Shown one piece after another: positions 11,134 to 22,941 of a DNA stretch of 64,000 nt. Location: assembly GCA_043228905.1 (NCBI GenBank), contig JBHGNT010000016.1:2232001-2296000 (forward strand), in the 5' to 3' direction. Made by a program: the position numbers and the translations under genes. Origin of the DNA: Azolla caroliniana (lineage: Eukaryota; Plantae; Polypodiophyta). The notes under the pieces were generated by a model. It had not been told where the DNA came from, did not search any database, and was given only the letters and a program-made list of their open reading frames with translations. Positions within the stretch are counted from its first letter, which is position 1, and every line of letters begins with the position of its first letter.

Positions 11134-14125
11134 CCCTCCCTCTCTCCCTCTCTCCCTCTGTGTGTGTCTGTGTGTATGTAGAAATCCAAGCTTTAATGGA
11201 GACCTTGGAAATTTGGGTAGAGCTCTCTCTCTTGAGGAACCATTTTCATCAAATGATTTTGTGTTTGTGAGTGTTTTCTTTCTCTTTGTTTTGATCTGAT
11301 ATGATATCTTGTTTATTTTTTTTCACATTGGTTCAATGTACTTACTTACTTATTTACTTTTGTGTCCCTAAGGGAGGGGGCCTACTTTTATAATTTGAGT
11401 TATGAAACTCTTGAAGTCAGTTTTTTGGGCATGTTTTGTCCCTTGGGGGAATAAGGACCCCCCCAAACTCACAAACCTCACACTTCTTGAGGTTTGCACA
11501 TGGCCATGTCACACCTTTGTGTGGTTATATCTTCATCAACTTGTGTGTGTGTTGTGTGGTTGTCTATACTTTGTTTGTTTGTTGGCGCGTTTGTGTGTGT
11601 GTGTGTGTGTTTGTTTGCACACGTGTCACCTTATCTCTTATCACTGGACAATTCTCAAGTTTCATTTTCTCTTACGCCCTTACATGGGTCGAAGGGCCCT
11701 CCCAATCCCTTTTTACCTACCATTCGATCTCTTGGCCACAAGAAGACGGAAGTTGTGGATCGAGTTGGTTCGAGACAAATTTTCCTTCCTTCCACCCAAA
11801 GCCTAGAGTAGTTCTACACATGAATATCATCTCATGCCCCTAAGGCACATGTTAGGTACATCCTTATGGTTGAGACTTGTGGCCTGCTCGATTTGGCTCC
11901 CTTGCGATCCCTAGATTATATCTCATATGCATGTTGTTGAAAGCCTTAGACAACCTTGGCCATCGAGATGCGATATGGTAAATGGCCTTTCAAGAATGTA
12001 CATATAATGGGTTGAAATCTTATTTGCATGGTCATGTGAATAGGTTTTTCCCAATCAGGGGGGATGATAAACTTTTCTTGTATTTTGGGGGGTATCAAAC
12101 AGAAAATGAACTTGTGTACAATATTTTGATAATAGGACATCTTCCTAGACAAGAACAAGCATAGATCCATTGAGCAATATTTTCGTGTATGCTCTAAAAA
12201 GACACACACATTTTGTTGTAAATATTGTATTCCTAATCGCGTTAATGAAGTCAAGTAAATATAATTGGTTCTAAAGTGTCAATGATTTCATTGAGTCAAC
12301 ATTGTGTGGTTTAGACCTGATTTTGTAGCTCTAGAATGCATGGAGTTATGAAAATGATCATTTAGATGCCATTTGGGTTTGAACTCCTGCCTAAATAAAT
12401 ATCACAAATATGTTGTAATTAAGGGTAATCACTTAATATTCACCCTAATTGGTTACATAAGCTCGGATTAGATAAGTGCGATATCTCAACCAATAGAGAT
12501 GATATCCACTAACCATATTTTGAGGAAAATCTTTATGTGGTAGAGACTCGAGAGTATCACATTCCTCTTTCACATATGGTATGGTACAAACTTTTAATAT
12601 TTTGTAGCCTTCACAAGTAACACAATAATTTGTGAGCTTTCTAGTATCAAAAAATTAACAAAGATATGCATTCACTTTTGATTTTCTTTCTGCCATTGAC
12701 ATTACTCAACTTTGTTAAGCATTAATGTTTTGCCTATAAAGTAATACGTGATCAATTTTCCTTTGTTACGTGTCGTGACACACAATTGTTCATTGTTCTT
12801 TCATTACCTTTGATTCATCCATGCAAGCATTCATATTTTGCCTTTATAGTCTCTGTCCAAGTAGCATTTTAATTTTTGAGCTCTATGGCTCATGTGTCTA
12901 TCCACGAGGAAAATGCAATGATTCAATGTGTCAAAGTTCCAAAGCATGATTATATTTAAAAAAACATTGTATGACTTTTTTCTCGCAAGATGCATTTTCT
13001 AGATTACACGATTCTATAAGTTCAGTTCATAAATTTTGTGTGACTTATAGATTGCAAAAGATAAAGATGACCCACATCTTACAACGTGGAAAGAGGGCAT
13101 TGGATGCATGCAATCACTCTTTATCTTTGTTTATGCCTCTCCAATTTTCATAAGGAAATGTACTTCTAGGTATGTATAAAGTATCTCAATATTAAAGCAT
13201 AGCTCTTCGTACTATGTAATTGGGAATTAGTTTGCTTTCATATTCTAGATCACATTTTACTACAACGGTGGTAATTACCAACAAGAGGTCAATAAAAAGT
13301 AGCTGGACGAGAACATGTATTGATGTGATACAGTAATCAATACTTTATGCATGCTTTGTAAGTAGAGGGAATGAGGAGAACACATCTGCAACATGAATCT
13401 TTGTCATTCATTTTATGTGTTTCTATTTACACACTAGATTTCCATCCATACATTAATAACGTACATGTATGTACACATGTCCTCAATCAACTTGTTCTTT
13501 AAAATGTTTTACACAATATATCATTAGCTAGCTTTCGCACATTATAACACAAGAATTGGGTGGTTGTGTACGTATGCTTTGACTTGGTTCAGATTCTTTT
13601 ACCTTGCGCAATTGATTCAATTTTGAAACAATGACAGATTATCATGACCTTTGAACTTTGTAGATCTTTCAACTTATCACATACATTTTGTAGGTAGATT
13701 GCATGGTACATCCAATGATTCTTTTGATTATTTAAAAATAATCGTGCTGAGCCTAATAATTCAGATTTGATGTTATACCATTTGTGAAATTATTGAGGTT
13801 CATCTACATGTATTTTGTATTTGAGCTCCACCTCTATGGCCTCCACTTGTCTCAGACTCTATCCCTAAGGAGCCTCGGGATCTTAATTATCATCAATACA
13901 CACTAAATGTAGTTGTTGCCATTGTAATGTATAGATGCTAGTTATGGAAAACATGTGCACATGTGGTATGTATAACTACTTATAGCTCACCATTTGAGTA
14001 CCAAAACCAAACTAACAACATATTTATGGACTATTCACATGCCACCATATTTTTCCAATGACTACATGGAATGAAAATATTATGTACATAGTCACATTTG
14101 CATCGGGATCAATGTTGTCCAAACA

Positions 14126-14969
14126 ATTCACGACTAGATTGGGTCGCCACATTCTAGTTGCTCAAACCGCCTAAGAGTTGGTTGTTGCAAAGGCATGGGA
14201 CACATATCATGTTCCTCGTACAACTATCAATACGTTTTGGTAGAAACTCTGGAAACAACAAAATGCAAGGCGAATTACCACATTCCAATGGCTATTAATA
14301 CATAAGTCACTACCAGTTGGAGTGTGGCAACGTGGGAATCTTAGCTCTCCTAATTGTGTAGCATGCCCAAATACAACAAAATCAATCCGACACGCATTGT
14401 GGGACTGCCGAGAGACCCATTGAATATGGCGGGGAGTTGGACGGCTATTGCAATTATGCCAAGTGCAAGGCATAATCAAGTGGGGAAATGTATGTTGGTT
14501 ATCATGGCAAGCCCCAATTGATAGGTACGAACATCAGGAGGGGAGGACTTTGGTGATAAAAGCACAAGAGGTTCTTTTTTCCACCATCGACAATATCCAC
14601 TCACCTCATATTAATGCGAAATCTCAAGTTGTGTTGGTATTGGTTATCCCAATACCTCTTTGGACTCTATGGAAACATTGATGTAGACGAGCCTTCTCCA
14701 ACTAAACCATGCATCCAGTAATGTTAATGCGAGAGATATTGAGTGAAGTTGTAGCCACTCTAAAGAGCCAATACGATGGCTTCACGGGCGGATCCGATGG
14801 AGTTGACAGGCAATGACTAGCCTTCACCCAACAATGGTCATCCTCTCCCTTTATTGAGTCATTGGGCATCCATACAATATGGAACTATTGCGTCCCTATA
14901 GGGATTTGTATATAATGTCATCTGTAAAAAAATTATAACTAATGGAAGGAGTTTTTTTTGGAAAATAAA
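14126..14969 (+). mobile_element. 5'-truncated L1-type LINE (family also at 56488 and 59182)
   Basis: 15-bp TSD aatgttgtccaaaca at 14111-14125 and 14970-14984. Decayed ORF2 C-terminus (FQWLLIHKSLPVG..CVAC..HALWDC). Ends actaatggaaggagttttttttggaaaataaaa. Matches the reverse complement of 59190-60045. Confidence 0.9.
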
Positions 14970-15583
14970 AATGTTGTCCAAACACACGCTAGATAGTACA
15001 ATCTAAACCAAGACATAAGAGGTGAGCCATTATGTTCTAGAAACCCTCTCATTATACTCACTTTACTTTGTATTAAGATATTGTTCTCCACTATTTTGTA
15101 GTTTCTATTATCACACTACTTTGCGTAAGCAACTACATGCTAGATTTCCTTTAAGATGCATCCAAGACTTAATTAGCCCAACTAATGTGTATCAACTTGG
15201 GGGATGATGGTTGGATGGACAATGATCATCCAAACCTTCTATCTTATCGTTACCTAATCAAGTTTATTCTAACTACTTACATTAATACTGATCGCAATAC
15301 TATACGAACATAGTGTTATACTATAAAACAAAAAGTTGGTGTTGACGGTATAAACCATATAAGTTTGGATAAGGATCAAATAACACTACATGTGCGTATG
15401 TGAAGACTCTTGATTTTGATGTTTAACACAAAGTGTTGAAGCTTAGTTTTAGTTGAACATATGTAGGAAAGTTAAGAATTTTTATTTTTCCTTTTTGAAG
15501 GATATCTAATATGAATATTTCCCCTAAGTGATAAGAAGGCACAAGAAAGGACATGTTTCTGCTTACATGAAGTATGTGGCATC

Positions 15584-15890
15584 TAGGAGTCGGCAACGGC
15601 TCGACTCAAGCTTGAATCGAGCTGTTAAACCGTCTGGCGGGTTAGCGGTTCAATTTGGTTGGGTCCAGGCTTGAGCCTCCTTAACTGGTTTAAGCTCATT
15701 TTGGTTTGGCAAAGCTCAAGCCAAACCGAACCGTTCAAAGGCAAAACAGTTCATAAACAGGTTAAGGTTAACTTGGTTTAGTAACTAGTTCGGTTCAAGG
15801 TTGAAAACTCTCAAACAGATTAAGGCTTAATTGGTTTGGTTGGACAAGGCCAAACTGGTTAAGCCAAAATAGAAGCATTGCCGATTCCTA
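15584..15890. mobile_element. hAT-type MITE
   Basis: TIRs taggagtcggcaacg / cattgccgattccta, perfect 8-bp TSD gtggcatc on both sides, subterminal aaccg/cggtt repeats. Confidence 0.92.
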
Positions 15891-16514
15891 GTGGCATCCA
15901 TGATGACCTTCTTGTCCACACATTTAGTTATATGAGTATTGATCAAAACAAGAAGACAAATAAGTGTGATTATATGCATCACACTTCATATTTTATAAAT
16001 ATAAATTATAAATAATCAAGAGGGCCTTGACATGAGATTCTACATCGACCTTGTCATACAATAGCTATAAATAAGCACATTGCAAATAATTCAAGCAATT
16101 ATGTAAAATGATCCACACACATAGCTTTTACAAAGATTCTTATATGTAGGCCTCCATGAAGAAGACATTCTTGAAACTTTGGTGCTAATAAGAAGACATC
16201 TAATAATTTAATTAAAAAACTTTGGTGTTAATAAGAAGAAATATCTCAAAATGTAGATTTCATTTATTTTATAAACACAATTAGTAAACAAAGAGCTCAA
16301 TATACAAGTTTTGAAGGCACTTGTATCATGAAATTACTCTTATTATGCCTACTAAGATGTTAAATTAAGTTGATCATTAAAATCGTAAAGTTGCCACTTT
16401 TGCTTGCTAAGAGTAAACTATTCTAGCATTAATTGACTTGAAGGATTGCTTTATAATCCCTGAATTCATTGTAATTTACACTGAATGTAATGGATGTGTA
16501 AATTTGTGGTATAT

Positions 16515-17055
16515 GAATATGCACCATATGTTGGTCCATTGTAACATGGAGTTTCCATTATCAGTTACTTGTCATGATTAATAAAAATGATGAGATATAC
16601 ATTTCCATATATCCAATCAATGTGCCACAAATATTTAAAGGCTCACGGTCTAAGAGCCAAAACTAAAATTCTGAAAGAATGAGTGTCCATGTAAAATGAT
16701 CAAACTATAAAAAACATTTTTACGTCTCTAACATGATGTGTTTGACTTGAGTTCAAGTCCAAACTAACAATATAAAGTTGGAATATGCACCATATGTTGC
16801 TCCATTGTAACATGGAGTTTCCATTATCAATTACTTGTCATGATTAGTAAAAATGATGATGTATACATTACAAATCGTTCCATATATCCAATCAATGTGC
16901 CACAAATATTTAAAGATTCATAGTCTAAGAGCCAAAACTAAAATTCTGAAAGAATGAGTGTCCACGTAAAATGATCAAACTATAAATAACATTTTTACGT
17001 CTCTAACATGATGCGTTTGACTTGAGTTCAAGTCCAAACCAACAATATAAAGTTG
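16515..17055. repeat. Tandem direct duplication (~266 + ~275 bp)
   Basis: gaatatgcaccatatgttg...aacaatataaagttg occurs at 16515-16780 and 16781-17055 with few differences. Confidence 0.93.
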
Positions 17056-17799
17056 TGCATGGAGTATTTGTCTATCTTTGACTCCTCAAATCCAAAAATA
17101 AAGACATATATACTCGACCAATTCGGAAAAGAATCCTTTAATAGAAGATTGGCTCAACATTTAAACTCGCTATTTCCTCAAATTTTTATCCTCAAATTAC
17201 AAAAAATAATGAGACCAATCAATAAAGTGTCTTTGGTTTCGAACACTAACCATGGGACCAAAAAATGGGTTGAAGTGTGGATTTCCCTCACTATGGTAAG
17301 TGATGCATTTGGCCCACCACTATGAAAACCAATAAGGGAAGGGATTTGGTGCCCATATTAATTTTCACCAATCGATGACCTTAGTACGCAAATTTAGTAT
17401 TAACGAATACCTTATAAAGAGAAGTAAAAAGTGGGGAAAAAGCTCAGAAATACACTTGCAATCTTCTTTGTAATTTCCTCTAATCACCCGTAATTTTCCC
17501 ATTGTACACAATCCCTGAAAAGATGCCACTAGTCCCCTTGGTCAAGTGAAGTAAAAATGCGGGGAAAAACTCCGGAAAAAATTTAGCCTATAGAAGAACC
17601 GATCAAAGGTAGCGAGTCACAAGCAAATGTATGAAGAAGGTATAGTGGAGGAGGAGGGGCACATGTCGTGGGAATTATTGGAAACCTAAGGGCATTTCCG
17701 GAATATGAAGAAAATATTGGCCCCTGAACTTCTTCTATTTTTTGTTTTCTGAGGGGAAGAATGAAAGAGACGGTAAACTGGAGGAGGGGCTTCATATCC

Positions 17800-20544
17800 A
17801 TGGCGACGGAAACAGAGGAGATGGAGCTTCGTCTGCAGAAAGAAGGATGGCATGTGAGGCACGACGCTATTTCTGAGATGCTGGAGCAACTCAGGGAAGA
17901 GGGTCATCACCATGATCATCAGCATCATCATCATTCCATGGATCCATTATATAAAGCTCTATTTGCAGAGCTTCTCGACACAGACCTCAGAAGCGTCGGC
18001 CTTCCTTCCTTGCCTGATTCCTCCACCATCCAACGCATCTCCAAGCTTCAAGGTCCATTGATTCTTCAGGTATTTAATTTCTTACTATTGATTTACTATC
18101 ACATATTTTTTGCATTTACTAATAAGGATATACGAAAGGAAAAGTATGCCCTAACATCATTCATTATTTTAAAATTCCCAAAAAAGTACTGTCATTTATA
18201 TAATTTATTGTCTAACGATATTATTAAAAAAACTCACCTCTATTTTTTGTATTTTTTTTCTCGTGAAAATTTAAGCATTTTGGTTAATTTTCTCATATTT
18301 TCTTTTAGCTAATTCCAAGTATTTCCATTCATGATTCAGCACAGATTACACACATTGTCATCTTTAATCTAACCTTCCCCACATGTTCACCTTTCCCATC
18401 ATTTTGATTCATGTTTCAACTAAAGATTCAAAACACATGCCCGCACCTTTCTTTTTGTATTTTTGGTTCTCATAAAGTTCATGCATTTTGAGGAAAAGTA
18501 GATAGATCTGTGTAAAAAAAATCTGGTAGGAGTAAATGAATGTGGTGTTACAAGACAAGAACACATAACACATCCAACTTTCTGAGAAATTATGTGTTTT
18601 AGGAATTCTTCAAAGTGTAGCATGTTTGTCTTCTAATTTGACAAAATATGTTCATCTTTATCAGGTGGTTTCAGTTAGGAACATTTCCCAGAGTAGTAGT
18701 AAGTCACATACATCAACAGGAGAAGAGCAACAACATGGACGTTTATTACGCATAGCTCTTACAGATGGTCATTCTGTTGTATCAGCACTGGAATACCATC
18801 CCATGCCAAAATTCTCCTTAACTACAACTCCTGGGACAAAGGTAATCAACTCCTGCCCAAATTCTCCTTAACTACAACTCCTTGCCATCTTTACTTCAGG
18901 AAATTTACATACATTTGCATGGTTTTGAAGTTTAACTTGAAGAATTTGTATTTTTCTTTGTGAAATGGGTGAGAGCACTTGAATCAAACATTGTGTGGCT
19001 CTTTCGTAGGTCAGTATTAAGAATGTAATAACAGTTCAAAATGGGTTCCTGTTGGGAGATGCGAATTCAATCACGATATTGGGTGGTCATGTAGAGGCTC
19101 TATACCAAGCGTGGGAGATCGAACGGAAATATTCAGGATTAGCCAGAATGGGGCTATCAAAAACAGATCGATCCGAGGGTGTTGATGGTCCTCCTTTGTT
19201 TCACGGGCTAGTGATTCCAAAGCATGAAAAGCCGAACCGAGGGGAAGAGGCAGTTCGAGTTGAGAAACTGAAAGGAGGTATACACCACACACATCTGCTC
19301 TGACATTATTGTCTTCACAGAAAAAATATATTAGAAGCTTGCGCTTGATTGTGGCTGAGCATGTTGTGTGTTGACAGGTATCCAAGTGGATTCGGGAGTT
19401 TCTACATCAAAAAGTAAAGAAAAAGAAAGAGATAGGATTAAAGATTCTCATCAGCAAGTCAACTCAGGTAAGAAAATAAAGCAAAAATGACCTATTTATG
19501 AGAGCAAGTTCGAGTTTAATGCATTTTACCTGCCAGGAATTACATTTCTTAACCAATCCAACAATTTAGGAAATTTGATGCAGGATCTTCTACATCGATG
19601 GTTTCAACTTCACACAAGAGTGAAGGAGAAGGTGATTTACAAAGGGATGGGAACCTGGTTCCATTACAGGGGAAAAAAATTGATGTACGTTCTGATGCTA
19701 TCAGGGCTGCTATGGTGCAAGAAGTAGATTTGGTGGTGCCATTACAAAATCGAGGTGCTGCACAAAAGCTGCTTGAGAGAAGAAATGATAATAACATCGG
19801 AGGTGCACATGGGAGAGGTTCGAGAGGAAGAGGAAGAGGACGAGGAAGAAGAGAGAGGTACAATCATGAAGACACTAGTACCCTTACCCTGGATGAATGG
19901 GAAGCACAACGAATGCGATCAAATCCGTTAGTGGATCAAAGTCCAAGTATTGATGATGATGAGGCTCTAGCCCGGCAACTTCATCATCAGTTAAATGTGA
20001 TGGAGATCAATGAGGTAAACTATTAATTCTGTGACCATCATTTTCATTAGTCAAGCTATTTCAAATAAATGTTTACATATTTTAAATTTTTTGTTGAGTA
20101 CCAATAGGACGGGGTAGTAACAGTAGCACATGTGACGAGCCTACTTGATTTCATGTTTGTATTTTTTATGAACTGCATACTGCAAGGATTTTGAATTTCT
20201 ATGATCATCTCATCAAGCGCTTAACATTAGCCCTTAAAGCCAGAAATTTCAAAAAATGTAGACAAGTTAATGGCAGGATCGTTTGAGTTCTATGTGTGGG
20301 TTTTCTAAGTATTGAATTGCTGATGTACATAACAAAACTTTATGCTAACATTGCTATAAAAAATAATTTGCATTCTCAGGTGGCAAATACACGAGATGGA
20401 TCTAATATAGCAGACCAAATCCGAGAGAGCATGTTCAGCTTTTCAGGGGACAAGAATCTTGATGATTATGGGAGTGGATCTAGACATCGTGGCAGGGGTA
20501 GAGGGAGAGGAAGGGGAAGAGGAAGAGGGGTAAGGCATGGTTGA
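17800..20544 (+). CDS. RMI1/TDRD3-type OB-fold (DUF1767) protein with RG/RGG repeats (6 exons, ~466 aa)
   Basis: Exons 17800-18069, 18665-18841, 19010-19277, 19378-19467, 19584-20014, 20380-20544; GT..AG, phases consistent, 1401 nt. Motifs LLDTDLRSVG..LQGPLILQVVSVRNIS..RLLRIALTDGH..ALEY..PGTKV..LGGHVEAL..GPPLF, RGRGRGRG tracts, DDEALARQL. Confidence 0.87.
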
Positions 20545-21589
20545 TAAAAGAAGAAATCAATTATCATGTATTGCTACATAATCAATTGGATTTGCCTTTT
20601 AGTCAGACATGGTTTCTGCTCTTGTAACTAATAGAATGGTTTGTTGGAACCTCACTTTGTTCAGGAGGGACTGTTTCACAACTTAGTAATTGTATTTTAT
20701 TAAATGTCCCGGCCAAAGTGCCCATCTATGTAGCTCTGCTTCAGTGTGTAAAATTTTGGCTAACAATTACACATACCTGACTTTAAGATTGTTTTATGAA
20801 ACCTTGGCAACATTATTGTCCAACTAAAAGTTTTGTTCTGTCGCAAATTGTTCTATGACATATCAGAAAGGATCATATGCTCATAACAAGTTAAACAATT
20901 TGTAGGTAATGAAGTATGATGATGATGATTGCTTTCATACTACATAACAAAAATATATTTGGGTTTTGAACCTCTTTAGGTTACCAGCCTCTGTTTCCTA
21001 AATTGTCGTTAGTAGTGCACCAATGAGAAAACACATTGGATGGACATGTTTTTTTTTGTCTTGGCATTTTGCAGCTGCAATAAGTAGGAAAATGATATAA
21101 TGTTGTTTAATTGTTCTAATGAAAAAAATCATGTGGTTTGCAACCATTGGGTACCAATGATAGGAAATAACAATCTCTCTAATCGACAATTATAATTACT
21201 TTCTCCTCAAAGTAACTGAACTCAGGTCGGCATGATATTGATCCTGCAAGTTATTGCTTTCTAAACCTTATGTAGATTGGAAAATTGTCTTCTACTATGA
21301 CATTTCAGAGGCTCTAAAGTTCGAAGTGGTATATGAACTTTATCTACCACTACCATAATTGTTTGCACACTTGAAGTAGTAAAGTATGTACAAGTATTTA
21401 TCTTTCAACGCTTTAGTAATTGTTTTTCAGACTATGAAATTTAACCATAATCCTCTACATGCCTTTTACACAACAAATGCTTGTTTATGGGTTTAACAAA
21501 CTCATGTAGATGGACATTGATGATGTTCCCTAACCCAGATGTTCTACAATGACTTGAACATTCACTATTTACTTGTTTATAATTGATAA

Positions 21590-21890
21590 TTGACACCCAA
21601 CATACTAAGAAATTGTATTCATGATTCCAAATCTTGCACATTAGATGATGATCGAGGAACATTGAAGGTGACATAAATGCATAACTAAACTAAGATATCT
21701 AGCTTAATTGGCAAGGTTTTCCCATTGAGACTAGACGTTCACGCATTCAACCCCAACATTCAGTAATTGTATCTAGTGAAGAGGCTCTAGCTTAGTTCAG
21801 TAATTGTATCTAGTGAAGAGGCTCTAGCTTAGTTCGTAAGGTTGTTTGATGGAGACTAGAAAGTTATGGATCCAACCCCCTGCATTCCTT
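21590..21890 (+). mobile_element. Dispersed repeat carrying two tandem tRNA-like (A/B-box) units; internal 37-bp tandem duplication
   Basis: Homologous to 23725-23980 (ttgacacccaacata..gatgatc..tagct(t/c)aattg..cattcaacccc..). ttcagtaattgtatctagtgaagaggctctagcttag is duplicated. Confidence 0.6.
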
Positions 21891-22941
21891 AAAGATGTAT
21901 TCACCAAAGTAATGCATACATATATTGCTACTTTAAGGCTTTTTTTGTTGTCATTCTCGACAATGATATACTTATTCATATCTTGAGGGGTTTGGTCTAA
22001 GTATAGGTATTTTGAAAACAATTTGTATTCAATTTCAAAAATTAGGGAAAATTACCTAAATATATGTTTATATATATGAGAAATTGGAAGAGTATGGTTC
22101 CTTATTTGCTAATTTATCAATATAATCATGGTTCAAAGTAGAGGCTTCTGATCACATGAGATATACATAGCTTGGGAGATTCACACACAAACACGTTGAT
22201 TCATGTAATAACATTAGATTTACAACCACCACGTGCACGCACATGTGTTTGATTAGTGTTAATACGCAGAAATCTTCGTAGAATATGTACCCGAGTACAT
22301 TCTCTTTAGTGGCAATACATGTCTTGCTTGCTGACTACACGCTGTTGGTGGAGCTATAATCAATACATGGATCAAAGTTTAGGGTTAGTAAGAGTAGGGA
22401 TGTCTAACGGTGAGGAGGAGGTGGAAGGTTTTGTAGAAAGAGAAGAGGCCACCAAGAGAAAGGACTAAATTAGATAGCGATTGATGGGAATGATGGAGAG
22501 GAGCCATAGCCGCCTAGACCCTAAACCCTAAACGCTTTCATCATCGTCTCACTCATTCACGCTGTCATCGAACAACGCCGTGTTGCCTTCTGATGCTAAA
22601 CCCTAACCCTGACCCTGGCCCAAACCCTAACCCTAGCCCTAAAACCCTAGACGTTTTCGTCTTCATCTTATAAGCTAAGAATAGGATGAACCAAAACATG
22701 ATATAAAATGTTTATCAACTTGTAATATGAGTTTTAATAGTGTTATTTTTCTTAATTAAGTAAAATAGAACCTCATTCTCTAAGCAAATAAAAAAAGTAT
22801 GTATATATTATAACAAGTTCTATGTAAAATATCAATAGAACAAAAGAAATTCAAGTTTAACTCTGTAACATTGGTGGTGTTTGGTTTTTACATGGATTAA
22901 TGTACCTATCATTGATTAGTTGAACACATAATGTAGTAAGG

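Noticed and set aside
11402-11843. Three overlapping plus-strand ORFs (105-135 aa) rich in Cys/Val
   Set aside because: Produced by TG-rich microsatellite sequence in the glutaredoxin promoter region; no recognisable domain.
17761-17799. Upstream in-frame ATG for the TDRD3/RMI1-like gene
   Set aside because: ATG 17800 (ccATGGCG) has the better context; 17761 cannot be excluded but is unsupported.
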